DNA of 64,000 nucleotides, from contig JAQGDQ010000061.1 in NCBI GenBank assembly GCA_030141605.1, positions 62,001-126,000 of the forward strand. The letters are read 5' to 3'. A program made the position numbers and the translations under genes. Positions 1 to 64,000 of the stretch are shown piece after piece; position 1 is the stretch's first letter; each line of letters begins with the position of its first letter. The notes beneath the pieces are model-generated. The model was not told where the DNA came from. It was given only the letters and a program-made list of their open reading frames with translations, and made no database searches. This stretch comes from Tubiluchus corallicola (Eukaryota; Animalia; Priapulida).

Positions 1-490
1 ATATCGTAATTTGTCGATGGAAGGAAAAATTAAGAACAGTTCATGTTTTTATAGTCACATTGTATACTTTATCTAATTTTGCCTATTAAGGACCATTTCT
101 TTAGCAACCTTAAGTTGGAAGCATGCCAATACATACTGTATTAATGTTGTGCGCTTGTTTACTTTGACTTTTTTGACTGTTTAAACATTAGGGAAAATGT
201 ATGTGTGACATTTACTGCATTTATTGGTAGAATGCAAACGACCTGAGTGCATCTTCCTGTTATTAAGATTAGTAATCTGTGCTGTTAATAAACAACATCA
301 CAAACAACCTGTGTATGTGTACTAAATGTACAACCTGTAAACATTGTAGCTTTAAAACAAAAATATAATTATTTGAGTGTTTTTCCATCTCAATGCCTAT
401 AAGCGAAGGATTGAATCCACCTCAGCATTACTTACATAACTGTGCTTTTTATTGTTAGTGTGTGAATATTTATGTTTTTTTCTTATTTAG

Positions 491-37950
<37,460 letters not shown>

Positions 37951-38376
37951 ACTAAATAGTGTTTCTGCTCAATAAAGAAATGTCTTTTTCCTCTGATGAT
38001 GCACATGTGATATACAGTGGTCGCAATGTATACATTTTTTTCTAATCACATATTTTTACGAAATTATTTTGGTCTATTTGCTTGTGTGTAATATAATGGC
38101 TAAATCAGTTAACTAAATGACTATGCACAAACTTCTAACATTCGTAATTGAGTTGATTAATAGGGCACCGGCTTATATAATGTTTTTTATCATGTCAATT
38201 ATGACATTGTGTGGTTTTCTTTACATGCCATTCCAAAGCATTTACAGTATCAATTTACACATTGTTATTCAACTATTATAACTATGTGAACTTCTGTTGA
38301 TTGGGTTTTATGCAGAAGTATATATTTGTGCCATATTGCAACTTTGCTGTGTCGGGATCTCACAATGTCCTTTTTT

Positions 38377-38673
38377 GCTATACATTCTTGCTACATTTAT
38401 TATTTGCTGCTTTTATTTGCAAAATTTAAAAATTGTGGGCGTAACTTATTTTTTTTGCTATCTAAAATGTATTAATATACATTTTTAGCTATACATTCTT
38501 GCTACAATTATTATTTGCTGCTTTTATTTGCAAAATTTAAAAATTGTGGGCGTAACTTATTTTTTTGCTATCTAAAATGTATTAATATACATTTTTAGCT
38601 ATACATTCTTGCTACAATTATTATTTGCTGCTTTATTTGCAAAATTTTTTTTTGTATCTAAAATATATTAATA
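38377..38673. repeat. 110-111 bp tandem repeat, about 2.7 copies, downstream of CAD stop
   Basis: GCTATACATTCTTGCTACA starts at 38377, 38488 and 38598. Confidence 0.92.
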
Positions 38674-39694
38674 TTATGTTTGTGTATCTTTTTCTACTTT
38701 TATTAGTATCTCAGCAGATTTTGCATCAGAACAAAATGTAGAACAAAATTTAAGTACTTTTGTACTCAGCCTCACAAGATATGGGTGCCTGTCTTTCATA
38801 ACTCCAGTTCCCAAGTATTCCACTTATTTATGTAATAATTTTTTTGTTGTGTAAACCTGTATGTTCTCTTCTTCTGTTAACAAACCATTGTCTGATGTGT
38901 ATTGATGCTTTTTAATTGTTCACATTTCTAATGTTGTGAAAAAAATTTACTAATTTTGCATTTGTCATGCTAAATAAAATTTAATAAAATAAAAAGTCAA
39001 TAAATGCTATTATTTTTCATATATAAAACTTGGTAATTTTTTGTATTTTAATAGTGAATGCATGTATCTAACAAGTAGGCCTACAAGAGATCTGTGCATT
39101 TTTACATAACATTGATATTAGAAACAAAAATTTACGTATTTTGCTGTTTGGGGGTAGATTCGGGATCGCACGTCTGTGTCCCTTATCGGTTCAGCGTCTA
39201 AAAACCCCACCAAACCTAACTTCACTGTTCATTTATTTCTGGTTTGGTCCCAACTTAGTTTGGGTTGCTGAACTTTTAACAGAAAAGTTGATGTAAAAAT
39301 TATTGATGTTTTGATAAACAAACTAGATCTCATTGATTCACATTTCTGATAACACAGTTTAATTTTTATGAAAAGTCAAATAAAATGTGTACTTTTTTGC
39401 ATTGACAATACACAATACAATACAAGAAAAATTGTGATTTTCTTAAGGTCACCTGTTTACCTGCAAATAGAGGAAATAAAAGAGTTATAATAATAATATA
39501 AGGTGCAAACTGTGTAGCAGTATAAGACACATAATTATGTACCTTGCTGATTACAAGAAACTTATTCCTTATTGTTTATTTGCAGAACAAAGGGCAACAC
39601 TTGCTTCTTTTGTGATATGTTACACGTGCTACTACTGTCTTGTGTGAGCTGATTGTATAAGAAATTTTTTTGATATTGGTGTTGCGTAGTTGAA

Positions 39695-42600
39695 ATGACA
39701 TCTTTTAGATTTAATTTTAACATAACAGAAGCAAATGCTAAAGACGACAATTTCGCGTCCGGTGAGTAAATTTAAGGTTTAAAAAGTTATTAGTTGTATA
39801 AAACTGAAAAGTTGATAGGTCTTATGTTATTGTACGTTTGTTATCAGGTCTGGCTTTTCCATTTGACTTTGTAGCTTAGCAGTAATGCATGCGAATTATG
39901 ATTCAAAATCATGTTCAAGTCCCTATTAGTTTTTCACTGTTTTTTTTTTCAAAAATTAAGAGCCGACAAGTTAAGTGTACAGTAATTTCTGGGTTATCAC
40001 TATTAAAATACTGTCAATGATGGGTTTAGTTTATGTTTGGTCAGCCTTTGTATTTTATAAGGAAAGATCATTGGAAAAATTTTCATTTCAATAAGTAGGA
40101 TTTGGAATTCTCTGTCCGTTCAGAGACTTTTTCGCCTGCCAAGACTGCACCAGAGCATTCAAGTGTTTTGCCTTGTAGTTTCGAAACTATTGTTGACCGT
40201 AATTCTGCAATATTGAAGGAGGTGGTTGTGCTGCTTTTACATCCCTTGTGTTGACCATAATTTTGCAATTTTTAGGAGATGATTGTACCGCTTCTGCATC
40301 TCATGATGCTGATATCCCAGTGGAACTGGAAGTTACAACAGCAGAGTTTATTGATGCTACAAGTGCCAGTACTAAGAACTTGAGACCTGCCAAAGAAATT
40401 CTATTGACTCCAGATATTGTTCAGGTGGGAGTGTGTTGTTTTTTTTCTTTTCAGCATTTTGCGAACTATTCGTTATTACTGTCGCTTACCTGTGAATATT
40501 AACCTTTGGCAAAGTTAAAGAAGACTGGAAGAGCTAATTAACGTGCTTGATTCTGGCAGCGAGATACTAATTGCTGTTTTTGGATCCTTGTTGATCATCG
40601 AAAATTAATACAATTTTGGATAGTGAAAAAAATTAACCCATCACGATTTGAACTTGGGTCTCCTCTGTTAGGAACATCAGATTTTAGAGTTAAACACCTT
40701 GTCCAACATTCGTTGTTCGTTCATTATCATTTATTTCAGCTTAGGCAAAAATCTATCTAATATTCAAGGTGTCTATAAAATATGCTTGCAATGTTGAAAA
40801 TTTGTTAATCAATTTGGAATGAAAGTGTAACTTAGTCAGGGATGTTATGACGATTCCTAGAGTGTTTATCCGAATCCCTTATGTGTGGACATTATTGATT
40901 GGGTAAAGTACGTCTGCATGGTACAAAGTTTCTAGATTTTGGGCAAATTAGCAAAATTTCGGGATTTGGGTTTTTCACTGTGCCCAAGCGTTTTTATTAT
41001 GTGATCATGATTTTTCGTTCATATGGATGTTTTAGGAAGTATTGCAGCAAGAATATTCAGTGAAAGAAGAAAATCTGGGCGGAATCAACTTCTTGTATAC
41101 TATTGTCAAAGATGATGATTTGATCTCAAAAGGTCTCGGGAAAATTGTTGACACTCACACAGATCTGGTGCCAGATGTGTATGAAGGTAAGGCTAAAATG
41201 AGCCACTCACATATTCGTAAAAGAAGAAGTCAAAATGAGCTTCTCGTGAGAGGACGAAAGCTCATGAAAAAAAGAATTTTTGAGATTCATAGTCATTTGA
41301 CTTCTTTTACGATTATGACCATGGCAAATCTCAAAACAGCACTATCTTATTTTCAAGCCCATGACTGCATTGCCCAGCAACCTGCTCTTCGTACACTGTT
41401 GAAATACAATATCAAACTGATGAAGTCCGAGAATACGAAAGCTCCTAGAAAGAAAGAAAAGAATTTTTGAGATTTATAGATATTTTAGCTTCTTTTACGA
41501 TTATGATCATGGCAAGTCTCAGAAGAGCACTATCTTTTTTCAAGGCACTTACATACACATTTGCAATACAGTACTTACCAGTGTCACAGTCAAGGATGAT
41601 TCTCTTTGCACAACACTTAAATAAAACATTTGCATGAATAACTCGGTAAATCCAGAATGTAAGCCTACTGAAAGAATTCGGTTATGTGTTTTGCGAGATG
41701 CGAATCTCGTGTGAATATGTACACATTTAAAATGAAAGAGCTCTCCTGGGACTTGCTATTTTAACATAAAAAACATTGAATGCCCTTGTAGTGTCACAAT
41801 AAGAATTGTTATTTCTTATAAAAGTTTTCACCCTAGCAGATTCTCATCAGCTGTGTAGACTGTACTACAAACCTGGGAGCACTTGTCGCACATTTCATTT
41901 GCAACTTTTAATTTAAAGTGCTGCAATACTAAATTAATATGTGCTGCCACCTAGTTTAAAATTATTTGTTATTGAACTGAGTTGAGTTTAATCCAAGTTG
42001 TGGCCTTGTTCTGTACTTCTCAGTCACCTGTACCTGTACTTGTTGGGCTTCCCCCCAACGGTATGGCAGTATCGATTGCTAGTGTGTGTATTACTAGCCA
42101 ATAAGATAAGCTCATTGGGTGCTTGTGACATGGGTAGCTCTGCCAAGGCCAGAGTTGCTTTTTTTCTTCTTGAGCATTGCTGTTGAATGGCCACCATGTG
42201 TGGCTTTTTTCCTGTAAATAATAGTGTAATATGTAAATAGAAATAGTCTTTCACAGTTCAATGCAATTTCATATTCTTTGGTTCAACCACCAGAGTCTAC
42301 ACTAACTTCAGTCTAATATACCTCAAGCTTTCTACAAATTCAGTCCTTCTATGCTGTTGACTAAAGTTTTCTACAGTGTTCTTAGGTTAGTGGTCTGTGC
42401 AGCTGATAAAGCCCGTTAAGGTGAAAACTTCTGTAGGAAATAAAATTTTTATTTTGAGACTACAAGCGCATTCAATGTTTTTTATGCATCGTTTTTCTTG
42501 AAATGAGCACACACAACACGCTAAGGAACCACCACTGCCTGAACTGAGAAGCAGTTTAAACTTTTTTTCTACTAAAATGTTTTGTGAAACTATCTTGCAA

Positions 42601-45259
42601 TACCATTCTGCAGTTCAAGATTTTTTTATACTGAACTAAGTGTGGCAATTTGTTTTGTCTATGGTCATTGCTAATATTGCTAAAAAGAGTTGTACAACTA
42701 GGTGACTAATCTAACTTTTGGTTTTGCAAAGGTGAATACTTTCAAAAGTTGCTAGTTTTTATATCACAAATTTGTAATATATGTGATAACACATGCTTCA
42801 AAATAGTACAGGCAAAATAAAAAGTTGCTGCAAGGAGTGATGATGTATTTAAGTAAAACCATTTTTTGATGTTTGATTTTTTTGCAAATCATTTCATAAT
42901 CTGTTCACATTCCAGGAGGCTTGAAGACTTGGGAATGTGCTGCAGATTTGGTACAATATCTTATCGAGGAAAAAATTCATTTTAAAGAGCAACATGTCCT
43001 TGAGGTAGCCATCTTTTGCTTATTTACAGGAATCGTGGTTAAAAAGTTTTTAAGCGGTTGGCAATATAAGTTGTATGGTAGATTAGGTTTCATACTAATT
43101 GTTGTTATGTGCACTATAGCAGCAGATGCTGTTTTTATTACTATTAACGATAAACTAATGGACATCTTTTTTCAAAAAAATTTCTTGTTTGGTTCGTTTA
43201 GAATAATTATTCTTTTAATAGTATTGTGCATATTGCTGTTGTTCTTAAATTTGTGTTGTATAAAACTACTACAGTATTAGCCAGCTTCTGTAAATGTTTG
43301 ATTGCAAATTACTGCAGTACTAGCAGGCAAATTGTTAAATTTTGTTTTGATATAAATATGTCTAAGAAATATTTCCAGCTGTTAGTGATCTCAGTGTTTT
43401 GATGCTACTAGCAGTGGTTGTTATCAGCACCATTTGATATTGTACTTAAGACTTGTCTTTCAACTGTTATTGTTATTAAACATGTGGTGTTTCACTTATT
43501 TTTTTAATTTTAAAACAAAACGCTTGGCAAAGTTCTTGAACGAATCGAATTTGTCGTGTTTTGCAGCTCGGGTGTGGAACAGGTCTTCCTGGAATTTATG
43601 CACTACAACATGGAGCATCAGTAGTTTTTCAAGATTATGTATGTCCCGATTATTATAATAATGCCTCTTCTATTGAAAAAAATGACTTTCTAGCTCAGAT
43701 CTGCATCATGTGTATATCTTTTCTGCTAACACGTTTCAATGTTAACACTTGTTATACTTAAGTCATTTTAATACTTTAACAGAAAATTTACTTTTGTACT
43801 TACTGACGTTTTCTGTATAATAATACATGTTCAGTATTTCATTTTTAGAACGAAGAAGTTATACAGCTCCTTACTATACCAAATGTTGTTCACAATGCTG
43901 TCTGTAATGCAGCATGTGGACAGTACAGTACATTAAAGAGTGATGAGACAGATGTGGCTCGGGCAAAACGAAATACGTCTGAACTAGTAAAAAGTTTGTG
44001 TGATAAAGTTGCTTTTTGGTCTGGAGACTGGGCCTTATTGGAAAAGCATTGGAAAATGAGTGATAGGAGGTGTGCATAATTTCTTAATTTTTAACTCTTT
44101 AGATTACTAAATGGATTAATTACATGTAAATCTGCTTATTATTTTGGCAGTTCTATCTATTTTATTGGGCATGGGTGTAGCCAGCTTTCAAAGTTTAGGA
44201 GGAGCAAGCACTAAAAAATGGCGACATGACACATACCAAAAAGACAACTATGCCGCAACAGACAGTATCAGTCTGTGACAGGAATATAATTATGATAATT
44301 AGATTTGGTTCAATTTGTTCCTTGGTTCAGTCAGTGAACCTTGACAAGTAAGTTGCATAAGTGCATATTCATTTCAAAAAATAGGTTAGTCAGTAGGCAG
44401 GTGGTTATATTCTCGAGCAACCGCTCTGCTAAGCACGTGTTTCAAACTTGGCACCTTTTCAATTAAGTCCTTATTTTTAAATCACATATTTATCATTCGC
44501 CATCTTTGTCGGGTGGGCGATTTTTAAGGCTGAGCAAAAAAAATTGTCTAATTTGCAGACAAACTATTATAGCTGGCAAATTGCATGATTCCATTTTTGA
44601 AACACTGACCATCTATGCTATATATGATGTAGTCATGATGTAATTCTTTTGGATGCACTAACAAGCTTTGAATTTGTTTCTAGATGAGCTAACAGTAAGA
44701 AAACTAGTCAAATAACACAAACAATTTAAGTTTTTACATTACTTATTTATTCTAGGTTTGATATAATTTTGACATCAGAAACCATTTATGCCACAGAGTC
44801 ACAACCGAAGCTTTTATCGTTAATGAAATCGTTGCTGAAGCCTTGTGGAACTATGTATCTTTTATAAAAACAGATTGGATACATTAACTTTTGTATCATG
44901 CAATAAGGTGATAACTGAATATTTTCAGATACGTTGTAAATTATTCTGTAATTCTGAGTTTACAATACCTAATGCAACAGCATTAAAATGGTCAATATTT
45001 TTCTTTACATTACTGTACCTTAATATGTACAGTATAGTCAAATAAGTAATAGTAATTACAAATTGTTACAGTCACTTTGTCAAAAGTCACTTAACTTTTC
45101 ACCTAAAGATTTCTTGCTGCTAAGACTCACTATTTTGGAGTCGGTGGAGGAACAAGGCAGTTTGAGCAACTTGTGAAGATAGACAGACATTTTAAATCAA
45201 CCGTTTGTTATCGCAGTGGAGAAGGTCTGCAAAGAGAAATTCTCAAGCTCTTACGGTGA
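39695..45259 (+). CDS. METTL18: Histidine protein methyltransferase 1 homolog (METTL18/HPM1 family), 8 exons, 332 aa
   Basis: Exons 39695-39761, 40276-40424, 41036-41186, 42916-43004, 43567-43638, 43849-44069, 44756-44854, 45109-45259 (999 nt). Motifs MTSFRFNF, DLVPDVYEGGLKTWEC, VLELGCGTGLPG, FQDYNEEV, FWSGDW, FDIILTSETIY, LAAKTHYFGVGGG. Confidence 0.93.
41274..41540. repeat. Diverged direct repeat (about 80 bp, period about 186) in METTL18 intron
   Basis: GAATTTTTGAGATT.ATAG..CTTCTTTTACGATTATGA.CATGGCAA.TCTCA..AGCACTATCT occurs twice. Confidence 0.75.
44855..45108 (+). other. Putative U12-type (minor spliceosome) GT-AG intron
   Basis: 5' splice site GTATCTTTT, branch motif TCACTTAAC at 45087-45095 about 14 nt before the AG, weak pyrimidine tract. 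Confidence 0.7.
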
Positions 45260-45694
45260 GAAAAAAGCCATAAGCCAAATAGTTCCACATTTGAGACAGT
45301 ATGTAGTCTTGTTAGACATACTTGTCAGTCAGTAATGTTAGCTCGTGGCTGCAGTTTGACTTGAAGGAGCTTATCGGATTCTTCCAAGAAAATCCATTAA
45401 ATAACCTTCGTGCATATTTTACTAACAAGTTGCGTGTTTAAATATGTAGCTATAACATCAAGCGAAGAAAACTGGTGCGCTAGTATTTTTTGTTTTTATT
45501 TGTTTTTTATTTTTAATATCTTTTAAGTTTTTTGCTGTTAAGAGTCGTTTCATTTTATCAATTCGACTGAAGATACTGTGACTGCTTGAAAATAGGCTAT
45601 GGCAAGTTAATTTTCTGTTGTATGGAACACAGTTTTACTTAGTTGTTAAAAAGGTGTCTGAACTGTTGAGTACCAAGTAATCAGATTGTAAAAC

Positions 45695-45738
45695 AATAAA
45701 TAGATAGAAGCCATGATGTTGTAAATTCAAATTTTATT
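45695..45738. terminator. Opposed polyadenylation signals (AATAAA + at 45695-45700, AATAAA - at 45738-45733)
   Basis: Canonical hexamers between the convergent METTL18 and SGK3 stops; usage is inferred. Confidence 0.45.
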
Positions 45739-48730
45739 GAATTATACAAAATAACATTCCTGTCATTACTGGTGTACAAGTTACATTACTATTATAATAC
45801 TAGTTAATTTGGCTAAATTTTAAAAAAAACAATTTATTTAGTTGCATGAATTAGCAAAAGTAAATTTTCAAAATGTGTAACTGATTTAAACATATTGAAA
45901 ACTAATCAAATTTTACATAAGCAAAATATTGTAGCGTAACCAAGCATGTTAACAACATATGCTATTTTAATTTGAAGCATATTTATGTACTTTTTATTAG
46001 CACACAATTGCTGTCTGTAAAAATACACCTTAACATTCTTGAAATTTGTGAATTAAATTTGCTACTCTGATATGTTTTGAGTAAGCATAATCAACAGCAA
46101 AATTTTAACATGTTCAAAACAAGATACAAAAATTAAAAAGTAAAGACAAAATGGAATAACTTCAAAAGTTTGAGTGGCTGAAAACTTATGTGGCACTTTG
46201 TCCTAAACAGTGATGTTGAAATGGTGCTAAAATGGTACTAGTGTCAAGATATCATTGACTGGCTAACAAGATCACAGCAATCAATACTATTCTACAAAAA
46301 TTACATAAAAGAACAGTTAGTACACTGCACACTTAAGATCACATACATTAATTCTGCTAACGTCAAACAATTATTATCTTAATACTATAACATGTTACCC
46401 GTTCAATATTCTCTTATCTAACTTATGACACGTGATCGAGGTTAATCTACATCACATTTTAGCATTCCTTCCAATATCTCCCACAGCTAGGTAACTGCAA
46501 ACGTAAAGCATTATCGAGGATGATTTTTTGCACTGAACTACCAAAATCTAACCCAAAAAACCAAACGAAAACATAACCAACTGCCATAGACGCATTGTAA
46601 CAAACCGTTCCAGTGGGGATAATGATGATGGGGACGATGCCCAGTGAGCCGAAATGGAATGTCGCAGAAAGACTGCAAGTTACTAATGAACACAAAGTAT
46701 TTAACCAGTATTGTTATTTATACACCTGAGTAGCATAAATGCGCAAGAGTATATTCTTCAGCAGGGTGAGAAGAGTAACTAAGCAATCAATGTATGCCTG
46801 GCTACAACAATAAAGTAGCAGTGAACCTGGTTAATAAATGGGTGACTGGCAGGAATAATACTTCCAGGCAGTTTCAACTGCCAAACTGTCCTCAAGTATT
46901 CCTTTCACAGACTGAAGAAATATAGTTATCCGAGCATAAACTGACATTTCTGTCAATGTTTTTCAGCATAAAGTGTTATCTGTGATAATAAGTTAATGAA
47001 AACTTATATGATTATCCTTGACAAAATAGCTTAATGAGAATCATTAATGTTAGTAGTAGGCCATACTGAGCCGTAACTTTGAGTACTGGCTCCACAGCTT
47101 ACAATATGATGAGCTATTTTTAAAAAATAGACTAAATTTAGCAATGCATACTATAGGAGTATTGTTACTGCACAATTCTTTTAATAAGACTATGACATAT
47201 TGATGGAAGATGTCTAATAACAACAACAAATGATCGTTGTCAAAAAATTAACTGTTACAATGAAAAAAGGCATAAAATTATTAATAACAATATTTACATG
47301 ATATCACGTGAAGAAATCATAAGCAAGTTACCTGGGATGTATTCATAATGCACTAAGAGGCAAGAGAGTAACAAAAATATATGTATCACATTTTTGAAAA
47401 ATGTGACGCATACTGCAGAAAAATGTATGCAAAAGTATAACTTTCAAATTAGGACAAACTATTTGATTAAGCCAGTTGGTAATTAATTTATATAAATTGT
47501 GCAGTCCAATTGGTAAAATAGATATCTAAACCTACTTTGATATTCTATTTCCTAACACATAACTGACATGCATTACCTTTTAGGAATCTTATTTAGTGAT
47601 TGTGTATTTACACGTACATTACATCATAGATGGAAGGAATATCTCTAACATTGTGTTAAAACTCATAACAGCATATAATTCATACCACGTAATTGCAAAA
47701 AAGAACCTTAAATCTCACTATAAACTGCAAAATAATGCACTTTTGTTAGTAAATGCAATATCACAGTAAATGTCGTTGTTCTGACTTGTATAAACGATTA
47801 TGCACATTTTCTTCTGTATTAACGTCAATGAAGCAAACATTTCGAAATAAACACTATCCTACCCAAAAAACAGATTATGCCGTTTTCACAATGTACACTG
47901 ATACTTTGAAAATGCATACACAAGTAAAACATAATTAAAAATTTTATTCTTTGGTTAACCTCGTCGTTTTATATAGGAGTACCGGTACCAGTTTTTTAAA
48001 CATGAATTTATTGATTTTAACAGGTAGATAACCAGATGCAAATTGACAGTAGTTATCTCATTAGGTGAGGTGGTCACAAAATGATAAAAAGGCATGGATC
48101 GACAAACACTCACCTTTGCACATTTTTGAAAAACAGCAAAGTATACATGGTCGAGCTTTATAAAAAATGTGATTTCACCATCTGACTTATGTATCTGAAA
48201 GTAGCTAGTGCAATTCTGTCAATTCGTATCTCAACTTGGAAGACATGCCTTGATAATAAGATAAGTTCCAGTTCTGCCACATTAATCTACAGTAAGTAGG
48301 CTTTTCAAATGAATGCTGGGACTGGTTTGCAGAGTGCTGAACTGTATACAAAAAAAATCACAGTAAAAGTATTAAAGATCGCACACTCCTAGATTCAGCA
48401 CTAAGTATATAGCAAAACACTGCAACTAAAAGCCATTCTATTGCAGCTAACGTCCCTGAATTATTAGTCTTGCAGTGCTGCAATTATTATATACAAGCTT
48501 AAAAATGTAATTGTATGTACGCATATTAATTTCATTCTATTTACAATTCTAATGTAAGTTGCACTTCACACTTCAAATTTGGACATGACGGGTTTGATAT
48601 GTTGTCGAAGGTCGTAACCTGTACAACTTTGATTATCTCTTCTCGAACAAAACTTCGAGAGGAATTTCCACTTGCTTATCATTTTGAAGTTGGTCACACA
48701 TTGTACCAAAAGTATCTAATTTATCTCTCA

Positions 48731-63181
<14,451 letters not shown>

Positions 63182-63222
63182 TGTCGTATCGTTAACGTGG
63201 GAACGACCTCTGCTCGGGATCG

Positions 63223-63461
63223 TTACCGGATGCCGGTTATCATAGAGACGAATTTTCTTGCTAGTTGCCCGGTTGAACAACTTTTGAGCAGTCGTCTGGA
63301 CAACAGACCTGTAACAAAAATTGTCTTATTAATATAAAACTGAAAAACGCGTTACAAATCCTACAATATACGCAAGACACGTTCTGGTATGCAGCTGGTC
63401 AGCGCGGGGTCAACTTGTTAAGGTTATGCCACTAAATACCTGGCATACTTAAGCTCGCCAT
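63223..63461 (-). CDS. Candidate spliced upstream ORF of SGK3, 35 aa (MASLSMPGLLSRRLLKSCSTGQLARKFVSMITGIR)
   Basis: AAACATGG start at 63461; exons 63461-63440 and 63308-63223 joined by a CAG|GTATTT..TTACAG intron; TAA about 40 nt before the SGK ATG. Confidence 0.5.
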
Positions 63462-63505
63462 GTTTATTCAAAAGACAGTCTGGTCGTGAACCTCGCATGA
63501 TAAAC

Positions 63506-63731
63506 GTAAACAACATAACAAACGTCATCAGCACGAGTGCCTCCACAGCCGTATCGTTGGCCTGGGAACGAACCCTGCTTGTGGTCGCTACCGGCTGCCG
63601 GTTATCATTGTCCGGTTGAACAATTTCTGGACAGTTCGCCTGGGCATGCTTAAGCTCGCCATGTTTATCCAAAACACGGTCGAATAGTTACGAACCTCGC
63701 CTGATTTACGTAAACAACATAACAAACGTCA
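63506..63731 (-). promoter_or_regulatory. Duplicated FOXO-type (TTGTTTAC) and CRE/ATF half-site (TGACGT) motifs at the SGK3 5' end
   Basis: GTAAACAA at 63506-63513 and 63710-63717; ACGTCA at 63522-63527 and 63726-63731. Confidence 0.4.
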
Positions 63732-64000
63732 TCAGCACATGAGTGATGACGCGAACTTGTCTTTCCACATGAGTGACCGCGCAACAAGGAGCTCAGCTGA
63801 TTCACAACATGATTTTGGTTCAATGCGTTCTTTAATTCATAAATTCTCCTATAATTTAACAGCTTTTGGTAAAAAATCTTTTATTCTAGCGCGACAAATT
63901 CCATTCAACAAATATAAAGGTCACTCAAGCCTGCAGCTCAATTTTTGTACTGTTGCACTATACTTGAGATCCTCGACTACCTATGAGAGAAATATAGCCA

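Overview
AT-rich, intron-rich animal (invertebrate-like) genomic DNA, not prokaryotic, so the ORF track only shows exon fragments. Three spliced genes were reconstructed by hand from GT-AG junctions with consistent phases. (1) The 3' two-thirds of CAD (CPSase-DHOase-ATCase), + strand, 24 exons, 491-37950. (2) A complete METTL18/HPM1-like histidine methyltransferase, + strand, 8 exons, 39695-45259, whose last intron looks U12-type. (3) A complete PX-domain SGK3-like kinase, - strand, 13 coding exons, 63181-48731. Two large CAD introns host nested sequences: a disrupted intronless mitochondrial-clan CYP, a 1-kb tandem duplication, an intact antisense rhodopsin-like GPCR with decayed tandem copies, a BEL/Pao LTR-retrotransposon remnant, minisatellites and a tRNA-derived SINE. 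The most unusual region is the SGK3 5' end: a spliced 35-aa uORF with an intron-less diverged duplicate that keeps its start and stop, duplicated FOXO/CRE motifs, and a candidate internal first exon giving a PX-truncated SGK1-like isoform. Family assignments rest on motif recognition; no database search was run.
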